Positions 61,201 through 64,000 of a DNA stretch of 64,000 nucleotides are shown piece after piece. The notes under the pieces were generated by a model. The model made no database searches and was not told where the DNA came from. It was given only the letters and a program-made list of their open reading frames with translations. Every line of letters begins with the position of its first letter. Position 1 is the stretch's first letter. The stretch is from Azolla caroliniana (taxonomy: Eukaryota > Plantae > Polypodiophyta), in contig JBHGNT010000022.1 of NCBI GenBank assembly GCA_043228905.1, forward strand, positions 9,982,001 through 10,046,000, read 5' to 3'. Made by a program: the position numbers and the translations under genes.

Positions 61201-63624
61201 CGAGCCGGATCCCCTTCGAGCGACAGTACTCCTGGAACTGCCCCCGGTATTCCCCTCCGTTATCCGCTCGTATCGCTTTCAGCTTCTTGCTGGATTCTCT
61301 TTCCACTCTCGCGTGGAGTTCTTTGAAGACGGACAACACTTGGTCCTTTGTCTTCATCGGTGCCGTCCACAGTCTTCGGCTATGATCATCTATGAATGTT
61401 ACGAAGTACTGGGCTCCGCCATGTGACTTCGTTTCTACCTGACACACATCGGTGTGCACCAACTCCAATGGTGCGCTACGTCTCGTCGGTGGCCTTGAGT
61501 GGAAGGAGGTTCGGTTCTGCTTACCGGCCAGGCAATCGGTGCACTTTTCCAGGTGCACATGCTTCACTGGGATAAGGTTGTCTTCTGCAAGCCTCTTCAT
61601 CCCCTTCTCACTCATGTGGCACAGTCTTTTGTGCCACAGCTCACCGGCAGTGTCGGCTGCCACATTCAGCTCTTCCGGGCATAGCCGGGAGTTCATCAGG
61701 TACAGAGTGTTGACCTTCCGGGCCCGAGCCACTATCAGGCTCCCCTTGCTGAACTTCATGACACCGTTCCGGATGCTACCCGTGTAGCCTTCATCATCTA
61801 GCCTCCCGGCCGAGATCAGGTTCAATCGGACTTCCGGAACGTGTCGCACATCCTTCAGCAGCATCTTGCATCCGGTTGATGTCATCAGCCACACGTCTCC
61901 TATGCCGGCAATCCGGCATGTGCCTTCATTTCCCATCCGGACACAGCCATGCTCACCGGCTGTGTAGGATGAGAAGTATTTCTTCTCCGGGGTCAGGTGG
62001 AAGGACGCTCCGGAATCGACCACCCAGGTCATCTCTACACCGGCAAGGTTCAGCTCCCTCTCTTCGGTAATGAGCATTATCTCTTCTTCACTTGCCGCGA
62101 GTGCCGTCGTTCCTTTCCGGTCCTGCCCTCGCCGATCCGGACCTCTCCGGTCCGTCGCTCCCCGGTATGCACTGTTTCTCTCCGGTGACTTCTTCGAATC
62201 GGTGTCGTCGGCTCCGTTGTCTTTTCGGTAATGCCGACAATTCTTCCGGAAGTGCCCCGGCTTCCCACAGTGGAAGCACGTGGGCCTTCCTCTTGACTGC
62301 GACCGGGTCCCCGACTTCTCCCGTCTTTGCGGACTCCGGTTCCATTGTCTTCCCCGATCCGATTCGGTAAATAGCATCTTCGGTTCGGAGGACGGTTCCT
62401 TGTCTCTCCGACGCGCTTCTTCGTTCAAGATACTTGTCTTTACCGTTTGCAAGGACAAGTTATCTTCGGTGCAGGAGGTGCTGAGAGTCACCACCAAGTT
62501 CTCCCAGCTGTCCGGCAATGTACACATCAGGATGATGGCTTGCATTGCATCCTCCAACGGGAACTTGATCGCCGCAAGCTGGTTCACGAATCCCATGAAC
62601 GTGCTTACGTGTTCCACCATACTCTCGCCGTCCCGATACTTGAGATTCACAATCTTCCTCATCAGGGAGGTCCGGTTCAACGCATTCTTCCTCTCATAGA
62701 GGCCAGACAGCTTCTTCCACATCTCGTATGCGTTGGTGTCGTTCGCCACATGTTGCAGGACGCTTACGTCGACATATTGTCGGATCGTCGCTACGGCTTT
62801 CCGGTTCAGGAGCTTCCACTCCGACTCAAGTACCCCCTTCGGTATTTCCGACCTGTCAATCGGTTCGTACAGGTCCCGAACAATGAGCAGATCCTCCATC
62901 TTTATCTTCCAGTCGGCGTAGTTCTGCGCATTCAGCACCATCATGCCCGGAGGCCCACTACCGCCGCCTTCCATTTTCTGTGTAACCTTGCTCTGATACC
63001 AATTGTTGATGAAACCGTGCTCGGCCACGACCGAGACAACACGGATCAATGCAGCAGAAAATAGGAAATCACAGAGAGAAACACGATAACACGGGGATTA
63101 ACGTGGAAAACCCTAAACGGGAAAAAACCACGGGAGTACAAGACTCCGAACCACCACTATACACAGAGAAGTATACACTGGCGAGCTGCAAGGCGACGAC
63201 CTTGAGCTCGCTATCCTCGCCACAGGCGGCGGTATTACACAGAGACGTCGACCTCTCCCTCTCTCTCTCTCTCTCTCTCGGCTGCTCTCTTCACTCTCTC
63301 AAAAGGGTGGGAAACAAAAAATGAGCAACAACATAAACTGTTTGCCCTAAGTCATATTTATACACATATGACTTTCGGGCTATTTACAAATATAGCCCCA
63401 AGGGCTCTTGGCAAAACATATTCACAAATATGTCCCCGCATCCGGATCTCTCTCCGGGTACATTAGTCATCCGGCTCCGTAACCGGGGTCTTCATCATCC
63501 GGATCCGTATCCGGGTACTCTTCATCCGTCTTCATGCCGGGTCATCATCCGGTTCCGTAACCGTAACCGGGCTTGCCGTCATTCGTCTCCGGACATCCCA
63601 TCCGGAGGGACCGATATCCCAACA
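58267..63624 (-). mobile_element. Intact young Ty1/Copia element J (Tork/Tnt1-like)
   Basis: 621-bp LTRs at 58267-58887 and 63004-63624 (2 differences seen by eye), 5-bp TSD GAAGT, tRNA-iMet PBS 62990-63001, PPT tgaagggggag at ~58890-58900. Confidence 0.98.
58898..62974 (-). CDS. Uninterrupted Copia Gag-Pol polyprotein of J (1358 aa)
   Basis: CFHCGKPGHFRKNC; WVVDSGASFH; VHTDV...RADNGGEY...AERMN; QMDVKTAFLHG; LLYVDDML; FTDSD...STTEAEY...YCDSQSA. Confidence 0.96.
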   Translation of the reverse strand: MEGGGSGPPGMMVLNAQNYADWKIKMEDLLIVRDLYEPIDRSEIPKGVLESEWKLLNRKAVATIRQYVDVSVLQHVANDTNAYEMWKKLSGLYERKNALNRTSLMRKIVNLKYRDGESMVEHVSTFMGFVNQLAAIKFPLEDAMQAIILMCTLPDSWENLVVTLSTSCTEDNLSLQTVKTSILNEEARRRDKEPSSEPKMLFTESDRGRQWNRSPQRREKSGTRSQSRGRPTCFHCGKPGHFRKNCRHYRKDNGADDTDSKKSPERNSAYRGATDRRGPDRRGQDRKGTTALAASEEEIMLITEERELNLAGVEMTWVVDSGASFHLTPEKKYFSSYTAGEHGCVRMGNEGTCRIAGIGDVWLMTSTGCKMLLKDVRHVPEVRLNLISAGRLDDEGYTGSIRNGVMKFSKGSLIVARARKVNTLYLMNSRLCPEELNVAADTAGELWHKRLCHMSEKGMKRLAEDNLIPVKHVHLEKCTDCLAGKQNRTSFHSRPPTRRSAPLELVHTDVCQVETKSHGGAQYFVTFIDDHSRRLWTAPMKTKDQVLSVFKELHARVERESSKKLKAIRADNGGEYRGQFQEYCRSKGIRLEFTVPKTPELNGLAERMNRTIMERVRSMLAHAKLPKGFWAEAMSTATYVINRSPSVPLDGDTPQKVWTGKEVSYRHLKVFGCLAYVHVAKDRRGKLDPKTRPCIFLGYGDDEFGYRVWDPVDKKIFRSRDIIFMEDKTLADWESEKKMKSSKSTGEDQLYEEQSRPARDRLTLEDPAEDGEEREPAEEDENDTGTVPDPEMDSDEEEESEEPVTEVPERRYPLRERRAPRRFPEPEHVLLTDEGEPESFEEAKHDTHSRRWLSAMQEEMDSLHENHTYELVELPKGKQALRNKWVFKLKPGDAGNPPRYKARIVVKGFQQKKGVDFDEIFAPVVKMTSIRTVLSIAASMDLEVEQMDVKTAFLHGDLDEEIYMQQPEGFEKKGKEHLVCRLKKSLYGLKQAPRQWYRKFDSFMTDEGYHKTQSDHCVFVKKFEGGDFLILLLYVDDMLIVGRDQVKIRMLKKALHRTFSMKDLGPARQILGMHIIRDRKKKQLWLSQEKYVTKVLHRFNMSEARPVGSTLPANCKLSSKQSPKTKAEKEDMMKVPYASAVGSLMYAMVCTRPDIGYAVGVVSRYMSNPGKEHWNAAKWILRYLKGTTNVCLRFGSGKPELDGFTDSDMSADEDTSRSTSGYVMTYAGGAVSWQSRLQKTVALSTTEAEYMAAAEAGKEIIWMKDFIRELGIRQEEYRLYCDSQSAIHLAKNAAYHSRTKHIQRRYHWIREKIEDQEFVLTKIHTDENGSDMLTKVLTPDKLEACRKRIGLERHPMPK

Positions 63625-64000
63625 GAAGTGTGGTACGTTGACTCAGAGCATCTAACCACATGACGAACCATGAAGAGTGGTTCACGTTTCTAGAAAAGCC
63701 GGAGCAACTAGGAGTTGTCGAGACTGGAGATGACATTCCTCACCTGATCGTGCATGTCAAAGAAGTTCCCTTGAGTCATGTCGGACAAAAAGGGAACCTT
63801 ATGAACCCCGGGGGTTCCACTATATATAAAGAGGTTGTATCACATGCGTTCACGACATCTTTTATAAACCCCATATACATATGATTTTTACTGTTTGAGA
63901 TACCCTTTTGTAAACAAATAGTTAATAAAAATACCGCTTAGTGCCAATATATATTTGGACAACTCATTTTAAAAGCCCTTACATAGAAAACACATGTATG

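Larger units (their letters stand above)
56930..63805 (+). mobile_element. Degenerate Copia I (E-like family): 5' LTR, PBS, gag and start of PR; interrupted by J and truncated near 63805
   Basis: LTR 56930-~57377, PBS tggtatcaaagc 57378-57389, gag MASSLPTENLDRSNYAS at 57484. SEE|VWYVDS is restored when J is removed. Confidence 0.88.

Noticed and set aside
63845-63865. ttcacgaca resembling a tRNA-Trp-group LTR end
   Set aside because: No U5 motif upstream and no PBS or TSD; likely chance or too decayed to call.

Overview
Repeat-rich land-plant nuclear DNA; the retroelement repertoire looks fern-like, but that is an inference. There is one host gene: a 5-exon, group II PLP-dependent serine-decarboxylase-like gene on the minus strand (1012-3648, 451 aa). 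Its splice sites and PLP lysine are intact, but its substrate-pocket motifs are strongly diverged. The rest is an LTR-retrotransposon pile with resolvable junctions. A 38-kb block (11901-50236) sits inside a Copia gag and is nested up to six levels deep, with a 100-N assembly gap at 48374-48473. Further right are a solo LTR, a LINE 3' fragment, degraded Gypsy/Copia relics and an intact young Tork/Tnt1-like Copia (58267-63624). The main candidate system is a non-chromovirus Gypsy group (TGTCGTG...CGACA ends, tRNA-Trp PBS) present as five insertions. (i) Their 4-bp target sites are all centred on CpG. (ii) The autonomous copies place the protease in ORF1 and reach RT-RH-IN via an apparent -1 frameshift (GGAUUUU plus a covarying hairpin). 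(iii) Two pol-less partner families encode a capsid fused to a conserved acidic repeat tail. All alignments were done by eye; no database searches were run.
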